A stretch of DNA of 64,000 nucleotides. Source: an uncultured SAR86 cluster bacterium (GTDB lineage: Bacteria; Pseudomonadota; Gammaproteobacteria; Magnimaribacterales; D2472). The notes beneath the pieces are model-generated. The model ran no database searches. It had not been told where the DNA came from and saw only the letters and a program-made list of their open reading frames with translations. The DNA is taken from NCBI GenBank assembly GCA_902628925.1, contig CACOPA010000001.1, positions 326,532 through 390,531 of the forward strand, in the 5' to 3' direction. Positions 38,323 to 48,776 of this stretch are shown piece by piece; within the stretch, counting starts at the first letter, position 1; the number at the start of each line of letters is the position of its first letter. Made by a program: the position numbers and the translations under genes.

Positions 38323-39630
38323 ATGTCAGAGAATTTCGCTGCACTATTAGATGAAAGTTTAAATACATTAGAGATGCAGCCTGGAACAATTGTATCCGGG
38401 GTTGTATTGGATCTTGACAAGGAATGGGTCACTGTTCATGTGGGTCTCAAGTCAGAAGGAGTTATACCACTTGATGAATTTAAGGATGTTGAGGGAAAAG
38501 TTGACATCAACGTTGGAGATGAAATTGAAGTAGCGCTCGAGGCAGTTGAGGATGGTTACGGTGAAACAAGGATCTCCAGAGAAAAAGCTAGAAAGATTTC
38601 TGCATGGAAAAACTTAGAAGAGGCTCTAGAAACTGGCGAATTTGTTACTGGCAAGGTTTTGAACAGAGTTAAAGGCGGTTTCTCTGTAGAGGTTGATGTA
38701 ATTAAAGCATTCTTGCCTGGTTCCCTAGTTGATATTAGGCCTGTAAAAGAGGCACCTGAGCTTGAGAATACAATTCAAGAATTTAAAGTGATTAAGCTCG
38801 ATTACAAGAGAAATAACGTTGTATTGTCTAGGAAGGCAGTTCTTGAGCAAATTAATTCCGCAGAAAAAGTTGAACTTCTTAAAAATCTTGAGGAAGGTCA
38901 AATTGTTAAGGGTATTGTTAAAAATATAACTGATTATGGTGCATTCATAGATTTGGGTGGCTTAGATGGCCTACTTCATATAACTGATATTTCATGGTCA
39001 AGGGTTGTCAATCCAAAGGAAGCCTTGAATTTGGGTGAAGAAATTGAGGTGAAGGTATTAAGTTTTGATAAGGAGAAACTAAGAGTTTCTTTAGGCTTAA
39101 AACAAATTCAAAATGATCCATGGGAAGGCATCGAAGGTAAATATTCTGTTGGCGGTATTTACGAAGCAACAGTATCTAATTTAACTGACTATGGTTGTTT
39201 TGCAGAATTAGAGCAGGGCGTTGAGGGACTAATTCATTTATCAGAGTTAGATTGGACGAATAAAAACATTCATCCATCTAAAGTAGTAACTCTTGAGGAG
39301 AACATTAGAGTTATGATTCTAGAGTTAGATAATGAGAAAAGAAGAATTTCATTAGGTCTTAAGCAAACAAAACCTAACCCATGGCTTGAATTTGAAAACA
39401 AATACAATATCGGAGACAGCGTAGACGGCTCAATCAAATCAATTACTGATTTTGGTGTATTTGTTGGTCTTGAGGGTGACATTGATGGCTTAATTCACCT
39501 TTCAGACTTGTCTGATAATGAAAATCCCGAGGAAGATTTAAAGAATTACAATAAAGGAGATAAGCTTTCCTGTATCATATTTGGTATTGATGCAGAGCGA
39601 GAAAGAATATCTCTTAAAATAAGTGACTAA
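38323..39630 (+). CDS. rpsA: 30S ribosomal protein S1, five-domain form (435 aa)
   Basis: Five S1 OB repeats can be recognised, each with G..V.G.V......G.FV......G..H.S. The sixth domain of the E. coli-type protein is absent. Confidence 0.92.
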   Translation: MSENFAALLDESLNTLEMQPGTIVSGVVLDLDKEWVTVHVGLKSEGVIPLDEFKDVEGKVDINVGDEIEVALEAVEDGYGETRISREKARKISAWKNLEEALETGEFVTGKVLNRVKGGFSVEVDVIKAFLPGSLVDIRPVKEAPELENTIQEFKVIKLDYKRNNVVLSRKAVLEQINSAEKVELLKNLEEGQIVKGIVKNITDYGAFIDLGGLDGLLHITDISWSRVVNPKEALNLGEEIEVKVLSFDKEKLRVSLGLKQIQNDPWEGIEGKYSVGGIYEATVSNLTDYGCFAELEQGVEGLIHLSELDWTNKNIHPSKVVTLEENIRVMILELDNEKRRISLGLKQTKPNPWLEFENKYNIGDSVDGSIKSITDFGVFVGLEGDIDGLIHLSDLSDNENPEEDLKNYNKGDKLSCIIFGIDAERERISLKISD

Positions 39631-39904
39631 TAATACATTCAATAAATCTGATCTTTCTGAAAAAATATCTGGACCATTAAATCTTAGTTCTTCCATAACC
39701 TCAGACTATTTAACACAATTATGTGGACTTTTAGCCTCATCTATTGCACTAAAAAACAGGGCAGAGTTTAGAGATTTTGGCACTTTTGTAAAAAAAACTA
39801 TTAGGCCAAGAAAGTTCATAAATCCAAAAACTAAAAATGTATCTTTTTTAGGTGAAACCCATACCATTTTATTTTCACCTTCAAAGAACCTGCTCGATGA
39901 CTGA
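39623..39904 (+). CDS. ihfB: Integration host factor beta subunit (divergent)
   Basis: HU/IHF pattern ..FRDFGTF......R...NPKT......G.....F.PSK.L. GTG start overlaps the rpsA end by 8 nt. Conserved rpsA-ihfB synteny. Confidence 0.75.
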   Translation: MTNNTFNKSDLSEKISGPLNLSSSITSDYLTQLCGLLASSIALKNRAEFRDFGTFVKKTIRPRKFINPKTKNVSFLGETHTILFSPSKNLLDD

Positions 39905-40577
39905 AAAGAATATTATTGTTGCCTTGGATGATCCACTTGATTATCAGGGCGTGCTTGAAGTACTAGATCCAAAAAAATGCATTATTAAAGTTGGAAGCGT
40001 AATTTTTAATTATCACGGTAGAAAAATACTTGATGAAGTTGCGAATCATGGTTTTGAAATATTCTTTGACATAAAGTTTCATGACATTCCCAACACAGTA
40101 AGCAAATCTATTAAATCTTTTAAAGGATATCCAATAAAGTTGCTGACAATTCATCTGTCTGGTGGAAGCTCTATGATCAAATCAGCCCTAGTTTCAAGTA
40201 AAAATATTAATGCAAAGTGCATAGGCGTGAGCATTCTCACAAGTATTAACGAAGAGGAATCTAAAGAAGTTTATAATCAAGAAATCCCAAAAACAGTGAC
40301 TTCTATGTTTAATTTAGCAAATGAAGCAGATATAGATGGAGTCGTTTGCTCTCCGCATGAGCTAAAACTCGCCGGTGATCTTCTTCAAGGTAAAATTAAA
40401 ATTACGCCAGGTATAAGACTATCAGACTCTAATTCTGATGATCAATCTAGAGTAATGAACCCAAAAGAAGCGATTGATTTGGGTGCTACATATTTAGTAA
40501 TTGGAAGACCAATTACATCTCATAAAGATAAAGCGTCTGCGTTTGAAAAAATATATCAATCCATCTATGAAAAATAG
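39897..40577 (+). CDS. pyrF: Orotidine 5'-phosphate decarboxylase
   Basis: Contains IVALD, K.G, FFDIKFHDIPNTV, GV..LTS and VIGRPI. The start is taken at MTEKN (39897), in an ATGACTGA overlap with ihfB. Confidence 0.88.
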   Translation: MTEKNIIVALDDPLDYQGVLEVLDPKKCIIKVGSVIFNYHGRKILDEVANHGFEIFFDIKFHDIPNTVSKSIKSFKGYPIKLLTIHLSGGSSMIKSALVSSKNINAKCIGVSILTSINEEESKEVYNQEIPKTVTSMFNLANEADIDGVVCSPHELKLAGDLLQGKIKITPGIRLSDSNSDDQSRVMNPKEAIDLGATYLVIGRPITSHKDKASAFEKIYQSIYEK

Positions 40578-41901
40578 ACATTTAAAGGAATTAAACAGCC
40601 TAAAAAAGCTTAATAATTCTGGCTTATTTCATAAGAGTTTTAAGCTTCCTAATCTAAAAATTTCTAGCATTTACCAGAATTACTCAAATGATGTATTTCA
40701 AATCATGGATAGCATTTATCATGAGCTAAAAATAGATACATTAATAAGAGCATTACATAATGGTAAGGAAGTTAATTTTGCTGAAAAAAAGGCGGCTCTC
40801 CATCATCGTTACAGAGATCTATCCAAAAAAGATAATGACTTTGATTCAATAAGTGCATCAAAATTTTTTTTAAAAAAAATAAAAGAAAACTCTTATAAAA
40901 ATATTTTTATTTTCGGAATCGGCGGCTCTTACGAGGGACCAAAATTATTGCATGAGTTTACTGAAACAAAAGACAATTTATTTTTTATAACCGGACCAGA
41001 TAAAGACGAGTTCTTGAGTTTGGTAAAGCCAAGGCTCAAAGAAAATAATTTATACGTTTTTATAAGCAAATCCTTTTCTACTGATGAACTGCTTTTATCT
41101 CATTCATGGCTCCCAAAAAATATACTTAAGAAGAATTTATTTGCTATAACTGCAAACAAGAGTAAAGCAATGGGATTCGGTTTTGTTGAACAAAATATTT
41201 TAGATTTTCCAGAGAGCGTTGGAGGGCGTTATTCAATTTGGTCACAAGTGAATTCTCCAGTTCTTCAACCTAATGAGTGTAGAAATTTTCTTAAGGGAGC
41301 AGCAAGTATTGATAATAATGTCCAAAAAAAATCTACTGTAAAGAGTGCTCTTAAAAATATTGTTTTTCACGATATCTGGTCTCATAACTTCATGGATAAA
41401 AAAAACAGAGTCATACTTTCTTATAACTGGAAGCTCAGATCTATCACAAATTATCTACAACAACTTGAAATGGAATCTCTTGGTAAGCCAAATAATCCTG
41501 AATCAATATTCGCGTACACAGGCCAAACTATTTACGGTGGATTTGGCCCAACAGCTCAACATTCATATTTCCAACTCTTGCATCAAGGTACTTCTGAAAC
41601 ATCAGCTGATTTAATTTCAAGCCGAAGCAGCTATTCAGCACTTCTTAATTCTCAGGCTGAGGGGCAATTCAAGCTATTATCAGGAAAGATTAAATTCAAA
41701 AAAGGGATGGATGCTGCCAATAGCAATATTGGAGGGAATTTTTTCTCATTAGATAAGCTAGATCTTTCTTCATTAGGTGCTCTTATAGCTTTTTGGGAGT
41801 ATAGAGTTTTTGTCACTGCTGCTATGATTCAAATTAATCCTTTTGATCAATTTGGTGTAAATGCCGGTAAAAAGGTTGCTAAGAAAATTTTAGATAAATA
41901 G
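40567..41901 (+). CDS. pgi: Glucose-6-phosphate isomerase (short, about 444 aa form)
   Basis: Contains GIGGSYEGPK, SKSF.T.E, GGRYSIWS, ESLGK and HSYFQLLHQG. The start is taken at MKNRHL (40567). Confidence 0.8.
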   Translation: MKNRHLKELNSLKKLNNSGLFHKSFKLPNLKISSIYQNYSNDVFQIMDSIYHELKIDTLIRALHNGKEVNFAEKKAALHHRYRDLSKKDNDFDSISASKFFLKKIKENSYKNIFIFGIGGSYEGPKLLHEFTETKDNLFFITGPDKDEFLSLVKPRLKENNLYVFISKSFSTDELLLSHSWLPKNILKKNLFAITANKSKAMGFGFVEQNILDFPESVGGRYSIWSQVNSPVLQPNECRNFLKGAASIDNNVQKKSTVKSALKNIVFHDIWSHNFMDKKNRVILSYNWKLRSITNYLQQLEMESLGKPNNPESIFAYTGQTIYGGFGPTAQHSYFQLLHQGTSETSADLISSRSSYSALLNSQAEGQFKLLSGKIKFKKGMDAANSNIGGNFFSLDKLDLSSLGALIAFWEYRVFVTAAMIQINPFDQFGVNAGKKVAKKILDK

Positions 41902-41918
41902 CCTTATATAATTATTTA

Positions 41919-43682
41919 ATGATCAAAGATTTATCACATGTCCCCAACAAGCCAGGGGTATATCAATTCTTTGATGACTCAAAGATAATTTATATTGGCA
42001 AGGCCAAAGATCTAAATAAAAGGGTAAGATCTTATTTCACCCCGTCAATTAAGGATAGAAAAACTGAGCAAATCAAAAAGCAAGCTATTAAAGTAGAAAC
42101 ATTTACAACGCACTCTGAGACAGAAGCTCTAATACTAGAGCAACAACTTATCAAAGAATATAAACCCAAGTTCAATATTCTTTTAAGAGATGACAAAACC
42201 TATCCATTTATCTATTTTTTAGGTTCCCATGATTTTCCTTCCATTCATTTGAAAAGAAGTAAGCAGGCAATAGATAAAAATTTTTATGGACCATATACGA
42301 ACGCAAGATTAGTTCGTGATCAGATCAAAGAATTACAAAAAATTTTTAGACTGCGTAATTGCTCAAATAGCACTTTCAGTAATAGATCTAGGCCTTGCAT
42401 TGAGTATCAAATGAAGCGCTGTAGTGCACCATGTGTAAATCTTATTAGTAAGTCAGATTACGCTGAAGACATATCCTCAGCACAGAGATATTTAACCAGC
42501 GAAAAAAAATATATAAAAAAAATTCTCAGAGAAAAGATGCTACGTCATTCGGAGCTACTTCAGTTTGAGGAGGCTGATAGATACAAAAAAAGACTTGATA
42601 GTATTATTTCACTTGAAGATGAAGCATCAATCAATATACACCCGCTGGATATTGATATCTGGCATGGTTCTTTTAAACACAAGACTGGCATTGCTAAAAT
42701 ATCAGTCAGAGACGGTAAAGTAAGATCTACAAAAACTTATTTAATTGATTCTGATGAATCTTCACAAGTAGATAATGTTTTTAGAAGAGCAATTTTTCAT
42801 AATTACTTACATAAAAATCAGATTCCAAATAAGATACTTATTGGTAATAAGATCTGTGAAAGAAAGCTACTTCAAGAAGCACTTGAACAGACATTTAAAA
42901 AGAAAGTTAATATTTTTATAAAAGCGCCTAAAGGAAGTAAAAATTTTTTAGATTTAGCGAAATTAAACTCAAAACAAACCCTCATAAATTCTGAAAAAAA
43001 AGAGCCTCCCATGAAGCAAGCTTTCAAAGAATTGATAAAAAAGTTCAACTTAAATTTAAATAATCCTAGTTTGGATTGTTTCGATATAAGTCATCATTCC
43101 GGGAGCAATCCCAAAGCAGGCATTGTTAGATTTAATGAGTACGGAAAAGACAAAAAACTCTACAGGACCTACAACATACCTAAAACTTTAGGCGGCAATG
43201 ATACAGGGTCAATTGCATATGCTATTAGCAAAAGACTTAAAAACAAAAATGAGAGACCTGATATTATTTTAGTTGATGGAGGCAAAGCTCAACTAAATGC
43301 AATAAAGTCAAACATTCAAAACGAAGAAACTTTAATACTGGCAATTGAGAAGGGATCTAATAGAAAGACTTTTACAGAAAGCATTTATTCGTTAAAAGGC
43401 CAAGAGTCAGTAAAGCAAGATTCAATAGTATTTAACCTTTTGGTGCAAGCAAGAGATGAAGCTCATAGGTTTGCAATTAAAGCCAATAGATCAGCAAAAA
43501 GAAAGATGATGCATAAATCAGCTTTGGATACGATTAGCGGTATTGGTCCAAAAACCAAAGAGGCACTTTTCACAAAATACAAATCAATTAATGGTATCCT
43601 GCAAGCTGAGGATAAGGAAATTTTAAAAATACCAAGGATTAATAAAGCAATCCTTAAAAAAATAAAAAATATAAAAATTTAA
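41919..43682 (+). CDS. uvrC: Excinuclease ABC subunit C
   Basis: GIY-YIG domain (PGVYQF.D....IYIGKAK.L..RV.SYF), a UVR domain (FEEA.R.....) and a C-terminal (HhH)2. Confidence 0.92.
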   Translation: MIKDLSHVPNKPGVYQFFDDSKIIYIGKAKDLNKRVRSYFTPSIKDRKTEQIKKQAIKVETFTTHSETEALILEQQLIKEYKPKFNILLRDDKTYPFIYFLGSHDFPSIHLKRSKQAIDKNFYGPYTNARLVRDQIKELQKIFRLRNCSNSTFSNRSRPCIEYQMKRCSAPCVNLISKSDYAEDISSAQRYLTSEKKYIKKILREKMLRHSELLQFEEADRYKKRLDSIISLEDEASINIHPLDIDIWHGSFKHKTGIAKISVRDGKVRSTKTYLIDSDESSQVDNVFRRAIFHNYLHKNQIPNKILIGNKICERKLLQEALEQTFKKKVNIFIKAPKGSKNFLDLAKLNSKQTLINSEKKEPPMKQAFKELIKKFNLNLNNPSLDCFDISHHSGSNPKAGIVRFNEYGKDKKLYRTYNIPKTLGGNDTGSIAYAISKRLKNKNERPDIILVDGGKAQLNAIKSNIQNEETLILAIEKGSNRKTFTESIYSLKGQESVKQDSIVFNLLVQARDEAHRFAIKANRSAKRKMMHKSALDTISGIGPKTKEALFTKYKSINGILQAEDKEILKIPRINKAILKKIKNIKI

Positions 43683-44218
43683 TGAAGAATTTTGTACTAT
43701 TTCTTACATATATAAGAATATTGTGCGCTCCAATTATTTTCATACTAATTATCTTTTTTTCTGAATTTACAGCATCATTATTTCTTTTTATTTTGGCAGC
43801 AATATCCGATTATTTTGACGGTGTTCTTGCAAGAAGATTCAAGGTATCGAGTGAACTTGGAGCAATTCTAGATCCTATTGCTGATAAAGTTTTATTATTA
43901 TTCTCATTGTTTGCAATCGCCATCTCCACTCAAAATAACTATATTGGGTTATTTGCAGCAATAATCCTTGCAAGAGAATTCTGGATAAGCGCCTTAAGAG
44001 AATATAATTCTAAAAAGCAAACTACAACAAAAACTGATGTAACTTTTTTAGCAAAAGCTAAAACAACATTCCAATTTGCTGCAATAGCTCTTTATCTTTT
44101 TGGTATGGCATACCAAGCCCAACTTGTCATTTTTATAGGGTCATTTGTTTTCTTTATTGCATTGCTACTTTCTATCAAGACAGGACTAAATTACACGAAA
44201 GCTACTTTTTTTGATTAA
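43682..44218 (+). CDS. pgsA: CDP-diacylglycerol--glycerol-3-phosphate 3-phosphatidyltransferase
   Basis: CDP-alcohol transferase motif DYFDG.LAR......LGA.LDP.ADK. Shows uvrC-pgsA synteny. Confidence 0.9.
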   Translation: MKNFVLFLTYIRILCAPIIFILIIFFSEFTASLFLFILAAISDYFDGVLARRFKVSSELGAILDPIADKVLLLFSLFAIAISTQNNYIGLFAAIILAREFWISALREYNSKKQTTTKTDVTFLAKAKTTFQFAAIALYLFGMAYQAQLVIFIGSFVFFIALLLSIKTGLNYTKATFFD

Positions 44219-44283
44219 ATTAAATTTAAAATATCTTTATTACATACTTAATTTATAATCCATATTCAGATTAAACAATTTTC

Positions 44284-45303
44284 ATGAAGATATTAGTGAC
44301 CGGGGGAGCAGGCTTTATTGGATCTGCCTTAGTAAGATTCTTAATTAACACTACTGAACATCAAGTCATCAATGTGGATAAACTTTCATATGCTTCTAAT
44401 ATGAAGTCACTTGATTCTGTTACTGATAACGAAAATTACAGTTTTTACAAATATGACATTTGCAATAGGGAAAAAATAGATATTCTTCTAGAGAAAGAAA
44501 AGCCAGATGTAATTTTTAACCTTGCTGCAGAGAGTCATGTAGATAATTCACTAGCTAATTCGCGTGATTTTATATTCAGCAACATAATAGGCACTTATGA
44601 GTTAATCGAATCAACACGAAATTACCTATTAAAAAATCAAAAAAATAATTTTAGATTTATTCATATTTCAACAGATGAAGTATTTGGGGATCTTTTACCA
44701 GATGACAGTCCGTTTACTGAAACCAATCCTTATAAACCTAGTAGTCCGTATTCTGCAAGTAAAGCTAGCTCAGATCATCTAGTGAGGTCATGGTTTCGAA
44801 GTTATGGATTCCCTGCAATTATTACTAATTGCTCCAATAATTATGGACCATACCAATATCCCGAAAAGCTAATACCATTAGTAATAAGCAAAGCCTTAAA
44901 AGGAGAATTACTACCTATATATGGAAATGGACTTCAAATAAGAGATTGGCTCCACGTAGAGGATCATGTTTCAGCTTTATATAAAGTTTTATTAAATGGA
45001 AAAGTTGGTGATTCATATAATATTGGTGGTAAAAATGAAAAAACAAATATATCAGTAGTGAAAGAGATTTGTAGAATCTTGGATGAGACTATAAAAGTAA
45101 AGCCAAATAATATTTCCTCGTTTAGCGATCTAATAAGTTTTGTAGAAGATAGACCAGGGCATGATTTAAGATACGCAATCGATGCAAGTAAAATTTCAAA
45201 AGAACTGGACTGGGATGTTAAATATAATTTTGACGATGGTCTCAAATATACTGTTGATTGGTATTTAGATAACATAAGCTGGGTTAGCGAAACCCTCAAG
45301 TAA
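44284..45303 (+). CDS. rfbB: dTDP-glucose 4,6-dehydratase
   Basis: Contains ILVTGGAGFIGS, HISTDEV.G and YSASKA.SDHL. Confidence 0.93.
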   Translation: MKILVTGGAGFIGSALVRFLINTTEHQVINVDKLSYASNMKSLDSVTDNENYSFYKYDICNREKIDILLEKEKPDVIFNLAAESHVDNSLANSRDFIFSNIIGTYELIESTRNYLLKNQKNNFRFIHISTDEVFGDLLPDDSPFTETNPYKPSSPYSASKASSDHLVRSWFRSYGFPAIITNCSNNYGPYQYPEKLIPLVISKALKGELLPIYGNGLQIRDWLHVEDHVSALYKVLLNGKVGDSYNIGGKNEKTNISVVKEICRILDETIKVKPNNISSFSDLISFVEDRPGHDLRYAIDASKISKELDWDVKYNFDDGLKYTVDWYLDNISWVSETLK

Positions 45304-45315
45304 TAGATATAAATA

Positions 45316-46200
45316 ATGAGCAAAGAATATAAAGGAATTGTCTTAGCAGGTGGTAACGGCACAAGATTACATCCTTTAACTTCCATTGTTTCAAAACAAC
45401 TTTTGCCTGTATATGACAAACCTATGATCTTTTATTCTTTGTCGACTTTAATGTTAGCAGGAATTAGAAATATCCTTCTCATCACTTCCAATGAACATAT
45501 AAGTCTATATAAATCATTAATTGGCGATGGGAATAACTTTGGAATAAATATTTCCTATGAAACTCAAGACAAACCAAACGGAATCGCTGAAGCATTTTTG
45601 ATAGGAAAAAAATTTATAGGTAACTCAAGTACAGCTTTAGTTTTAGGAGATAATATTTTTTATGGTCCCTCATTCTCAAGGATTTTACACTCAGCAAAAA
45701 AAAGAAAGAATGGCGCAACAATTTTTGCTTATAAAGTATCAGATCCAGAAAGATTTGGAGTCGTAAGTTTTGATAAAGATAAAGTTGCAACGTCAATTGA
45801 AGAAAAGCCGACTACTCCAAAATCTTCCTATGCTGTTACAGGTTTATACTTTTATGACAATAAAGTAATAAATTTTGCTGAAAACCTCACTCCTTCAGGG
45901 AGAGGTGAGCTAGAAATTACTGATATAAATAATATGTATCTTAAAAACAATGAACTAAACGTTGAAATTCTTGGAAGAGGTTTTTCTTGGCTTGATACTG
46001 GAACATTTAGCAGTCTGCATGAGGCATCTGCATTTGTTCAAACAGCTCAAAATAATCAAGGCCTCAAAATTGGTTGTCTTGAAGAGATCGCATGGAGGAA
46101 TGGCTGGATTTCTGATGATGAATTAATCTCTATTTCTAAAAGATATCCTAATAATGAATTTGGTGGTTATTTTAAAAATATACTTCACTCTGAGAAATGA
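45316..46200 (+). CDS. rfbA: Glucose-1-phosphate thymidylyltransferase
   Basis: Contains [15 protein letters not shown]...[21 protein letters not shown] and RGELEITD. Confidence 0.95.
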   Translation: MSKEYKGIVLAGGNGTRLHPLTSIVSKQLLPVYDKPMIFYSLSTLMLAGIRNILLITSNEHISLYKSLIGDGNNFGINISYETQDKPNGIAEAFLIGKKFIGNSSTALVLGDNIFYGPSFSRILHSAKKRKNGATIFAYKVSDPERFGVVSFDKDKVATSIEEKPTTPKSSYAVTGLYFYDNKVINFAENLTPSGRGELEITDINNMYLKNNELNVEILGRGFSWLDTGTFSSLHEASAFVQTAQNNQGLKIGCLEEIAWRNGWISDDELISISKRYPNNEFGGYFKNILHSEK

Positions 46201-47081
46201 CTGTAAAAAAGGTTCTACTCACAGGATCTAATGGCCAATTAGCTAGGGCGTTACATAAAAACTTTCCAAAAAACCATAATCTAGTAGCCTTATCAAAAGA
46301 GGATTTTGATATTTCAAATATGACTCATGTAGAGAAATATTTAAAAAAAAATAAATTTGATTTAATTATTAATTCGGCGGCATATACAAATGTTGATTCA
46401 GCTGAAGATTATCCTAGATTAGCAACACTTGTAAATAAATTTGGATCTCAAAATCTTTCAAAAGCCTCAAGTGGGATGTGCCCAATCATACATATTTCTA
46501 CAGATTATGTTTTTAATGGAAGAAAAAAAACGCCATACCTAGAAGATGATGAAACTGATCCAATAAACAATTATGGTAAATCTAAGCTAGATGGAGAGCT
46601 TGAAATATCCTCTCATAATCCTGAAAGAATAATAATTAGGACTTCATGGTTATTTAGTGAATTTGGCAATAATTTTTTAGATACCATTTTAAGGATTTCT
46701 AAAGAAAAAAACTTAATTAATATTGTTTCAGATCAATATGGTGGTCCAACATCAGTAAATGATTTGTCACTTGCAATTATATTTATTGCTGAAGAAATCT
46801 TTGCTGAGAAGAAAATTTCATGGGGGACCTATCATTTCTCTGGATATCCATATACATCATGGAAAGAATTTGCACAGGAAATTGTGAAATGTGCATATAA
46901 GTATAACTTATTACCTCAATTGACTGATGTCAGAGGCATAAAAACTGAAGAATATATTACCAAAGCAACTAGACCAAGATCTTCAATGCTAGATAATTCA
47001 AAAATTTATAATGAATTCTCAATCAAACCATCAAACTGGAAAGAAGAGCTTAATAGAATTTTAAAATCATATGGAAATTAA
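46197..47081 (+). CDS. rfbD: dTDP-4-dehydrorhamnose reductase
   Basis: Contains [31 protein letters not shown]. Confidence 0.9.
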   Translation: MTVKKVLLTGSNGQLARALHKNFPKNHNLVALSKEDFDISNMTHVEKYLKKNKFDLIINSAAYTNVDSAEDYPRLATLVNKFGSQNLSKASSGMCPIIHISTDYVFNGRKKTPYLEDDETDPINNYGKSKLDGELEISSHNPERIIIRTSWLFSEFGNNFLDTILRISKEKNLINIVSDQYGGPTSVNDLSLAIIFIAEEIFAEKKISWGTYHFSGYPYTSWKEFAQEIVKCAYKYNLLPQLTDVRGIKTEEYITKATRPRSSMLDNSKIYNEFSIKPSNWKEELNRILKSYGN

Positions 47082-47622
47082 AAAAACAACAATAGAGGGA
47101 GTTCTATTAATTAAACAGCCAGTATATCAGGACGCAAGAGGATATTTTATGGAATCTTGGAACCAAGAAATGTTTAACGAGGCATTGAAAAAACAAATAA
47201 TTTTTGTTCAAGATAATTTTTCAACTTCAGTACATGGAGTTTTACGAGGATTACATTACCAGTATCCCAATTCACAAGGAAAATTAGTGCGTGTAACAAG
47301 AGGAGTAGTTCATGATGTAATTGTAGATATCAGAAGAAATTCTAAAACTTTTGGACAAAACCTTATCATTGAATTAAGTTCCGAAAACAATCTACAGATT
47401 TGGATGCCAGACGGCATTGCGCATGGCTTCCTAGTAACGAGTGAAAGTGCTGACTTTTTATACAAGGTAACAAGTTTATATGATAAGGATTCCGAGCATT
47501 GCATCGTGTGGAATGATGAAGACCTTAGAATTCCTTGGCCTCTTCATTTGCTTGATGGTGATCCTTTAGTGAGTGAGAAAGACAAACTTGGACTTAGCTT
47601 TAAGGAAGCTATAAAGTTTTAG
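47071..47622 (+). CDS. rfbC: dTDP-4-dehydrorhamnose 3,5-epimerase
   Basis: Contains D.RG.F.E, Q.N.S.S....LRGLH.Q, KLV.V..G.V.DV.VD.R and P.G.AHGF. Confidence 0.93.
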   Translation: MEIKKTTIEGVLLIKQPVYQDARGYFMESWNQEMFNEALKKQIIFVQDNFSTSVHGVLRGLHYQYPNSQGKLVRVTRGVVHDVIVDIRRNSKTFGQNLIIELSSENNLQIWMPDGIAHGFLVTSESADFLYKVTSLYDKDSEHCIVWNDEDLRIPWPLHLLDGDPLVSEKDKLGLSFKEAIKF

Positions 47623-47656
47623 TAAACTTAATGTAAAATCACCATTTGAATTGTCT

Positions 47657-47730
47657 GGCTGGATGGCAGAGTGGTTATGCAGCGGCCTGCAAAGCCGTGT
47701 ACGCCGGTTCGATTCCGGCTTCAGCCTCCA
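47657..47730 (+). tRNA. tRNA-Cys (GCA), CCA encoded
   Basis: GGCTGGA...TTCAGCC acceptor stem, anticodon arm GCGGC-CTGCAAA-GCCGT, T-arm GGTTCGATTCC. 74 nt, closely parallel to E. coli tRNA-Cys. Confidence 0.93.
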
Positions 47731-47769
47731 ATCATTTATAATATACATTGAAGGAGAATTATAGATAAA

Positions 47770-47856
47770 GCCCAGGTGGTGGAATTGGTAGACACAAGGG
47801 ATTTAAAATCCCTCGAAGGCAACTTCGTGCCGGTTCAAGTCCGGCTCTGGGCACCA
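47770..47856 (+). tRNA. tRNA-Leu (UAA), long variable arm, CCA encoded
   Basis: GCCCAGG...TCTGGGC acceptor stem, anticodon arm AGGGA-TTTAAAA-TCCCT, variable arm CGAAGGCAACTTCG, T-arm GGTTCAAGTCC. 87 nt. Confidence 0.93.
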
Positions 47857-47876
47857 TAAATTAATTAAATAAAAAA

Positions 47877-48776
47877 ATGAATAATCAAAGATATAGTTAC
47901 AACGAAAATGAAATTTCATTTACAGAATTATTCAAGTCGTTTAAAAATAATTTGCAGTTTATAGTTTTTGTTACTAGTGGCTTCGCTTTATTATCAATAA
48001 TTTACTCATTAACCTTACCAAATCTATTTACCTCACATTCAATTCTAAATTTCTCAAGCAGTTCACAATCTTCATCAAGCCAGAATTACTCAGGTGTAGC
48101 TAGCCTTGCAGGAATAAGGTTATCTGGAGGAAAAGCTGATAAAGCTGATGAAATGATAGAGCTAATTAAATCTCGTGGATTTTTAGAACATTTAATTTCC
48201 TTTGATCATGTTTTGCCCTCGATAATGATACCTAAAGTTAAGAGAGATGGAGCGGTAGATTTTTCCTCAAGATCTTACAACAGCGATGAGAAGACTTGGA
48301 GAAAGGGAGCTAAGCCATCAACACTCGAAGCTCATGAAATTTATATAAGAGATTTATTAAAAATTTGGAGAGATAAGGATACTGGATTTATTAATATTCA
48401 GATAACTCATATTTCTCCAAAATTTTCATATGAATTACTATCATTAGTAATTTCTCAATCAAATGAAATTATGAGGCTTAGGGACCTTGAGGATGCAAGT
48501 AATTCGTTGTCATTTTTAACAAAGGAGATTCAAAATACATCCATTATTGAGATGAGAAATTCAATATCATCTTTGCTGCAATCACAGCTTGAAACGAAAA
48601 TGGTTGCAAATATTAGACAAGATTACATTCTTCGTACTATTGAGCCTCCTTTTATACCTGAAAAGAAATCAGCTCCATCTCGTTTAATATTTGTTGTGTT
48701 AACAACAATTATTGGGTTTTCTGTGGCTTTATTGTTTGTTTTCTTTAGAGACTTCGTATTCACTAGGACTGAATAG
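47877..48776 (+). CDS. wzz: Wzz-like polysaccharide chain-length determinant (PCP-1 family)
   Basis: N-terminal TM (FIVFVTSGFALLSIIYSL), a long periplasmic coiled region, the proline motif EPPFIPEKKSAPSR and a C-terminal TM. Confidence 0.8.
   Translation: MNNQRYSYNENEISFTELFKSFKNNLQFIVFVTSGFALLSIIYSLTLPNLFTSHSILNFSSSSQSSSSQNYSGVASLAGIRLSGGKADKADEMIELIKSRGFLEHLISFDHVLPSIMIPKVKRDGAVDFSSRSYNSDEKTWRKGAKPSTLEAHEIYIRDLLKIWRDKDTGFINIQITHISPKFSYELLSLVISQSNEIMRLRDLEDASNSLSFLTKEIQNTSIIEMRNSISSLLQSQLETKMVANIRQDYILRTIEPPFIPEKKSAPSRLIFVVLTTIIGFSVALLFVFFRDFVFTRTE

Noticed and set aside
47566-47748. A 60-aa minus-strand ORF spanning the rfbC end and the tRNA-Cys
   Set aside because: It overlaps a well-formed tRNA-Cys cloverleaf. 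It is an artefact of the GC-rich tRNA sequence lacking stops.
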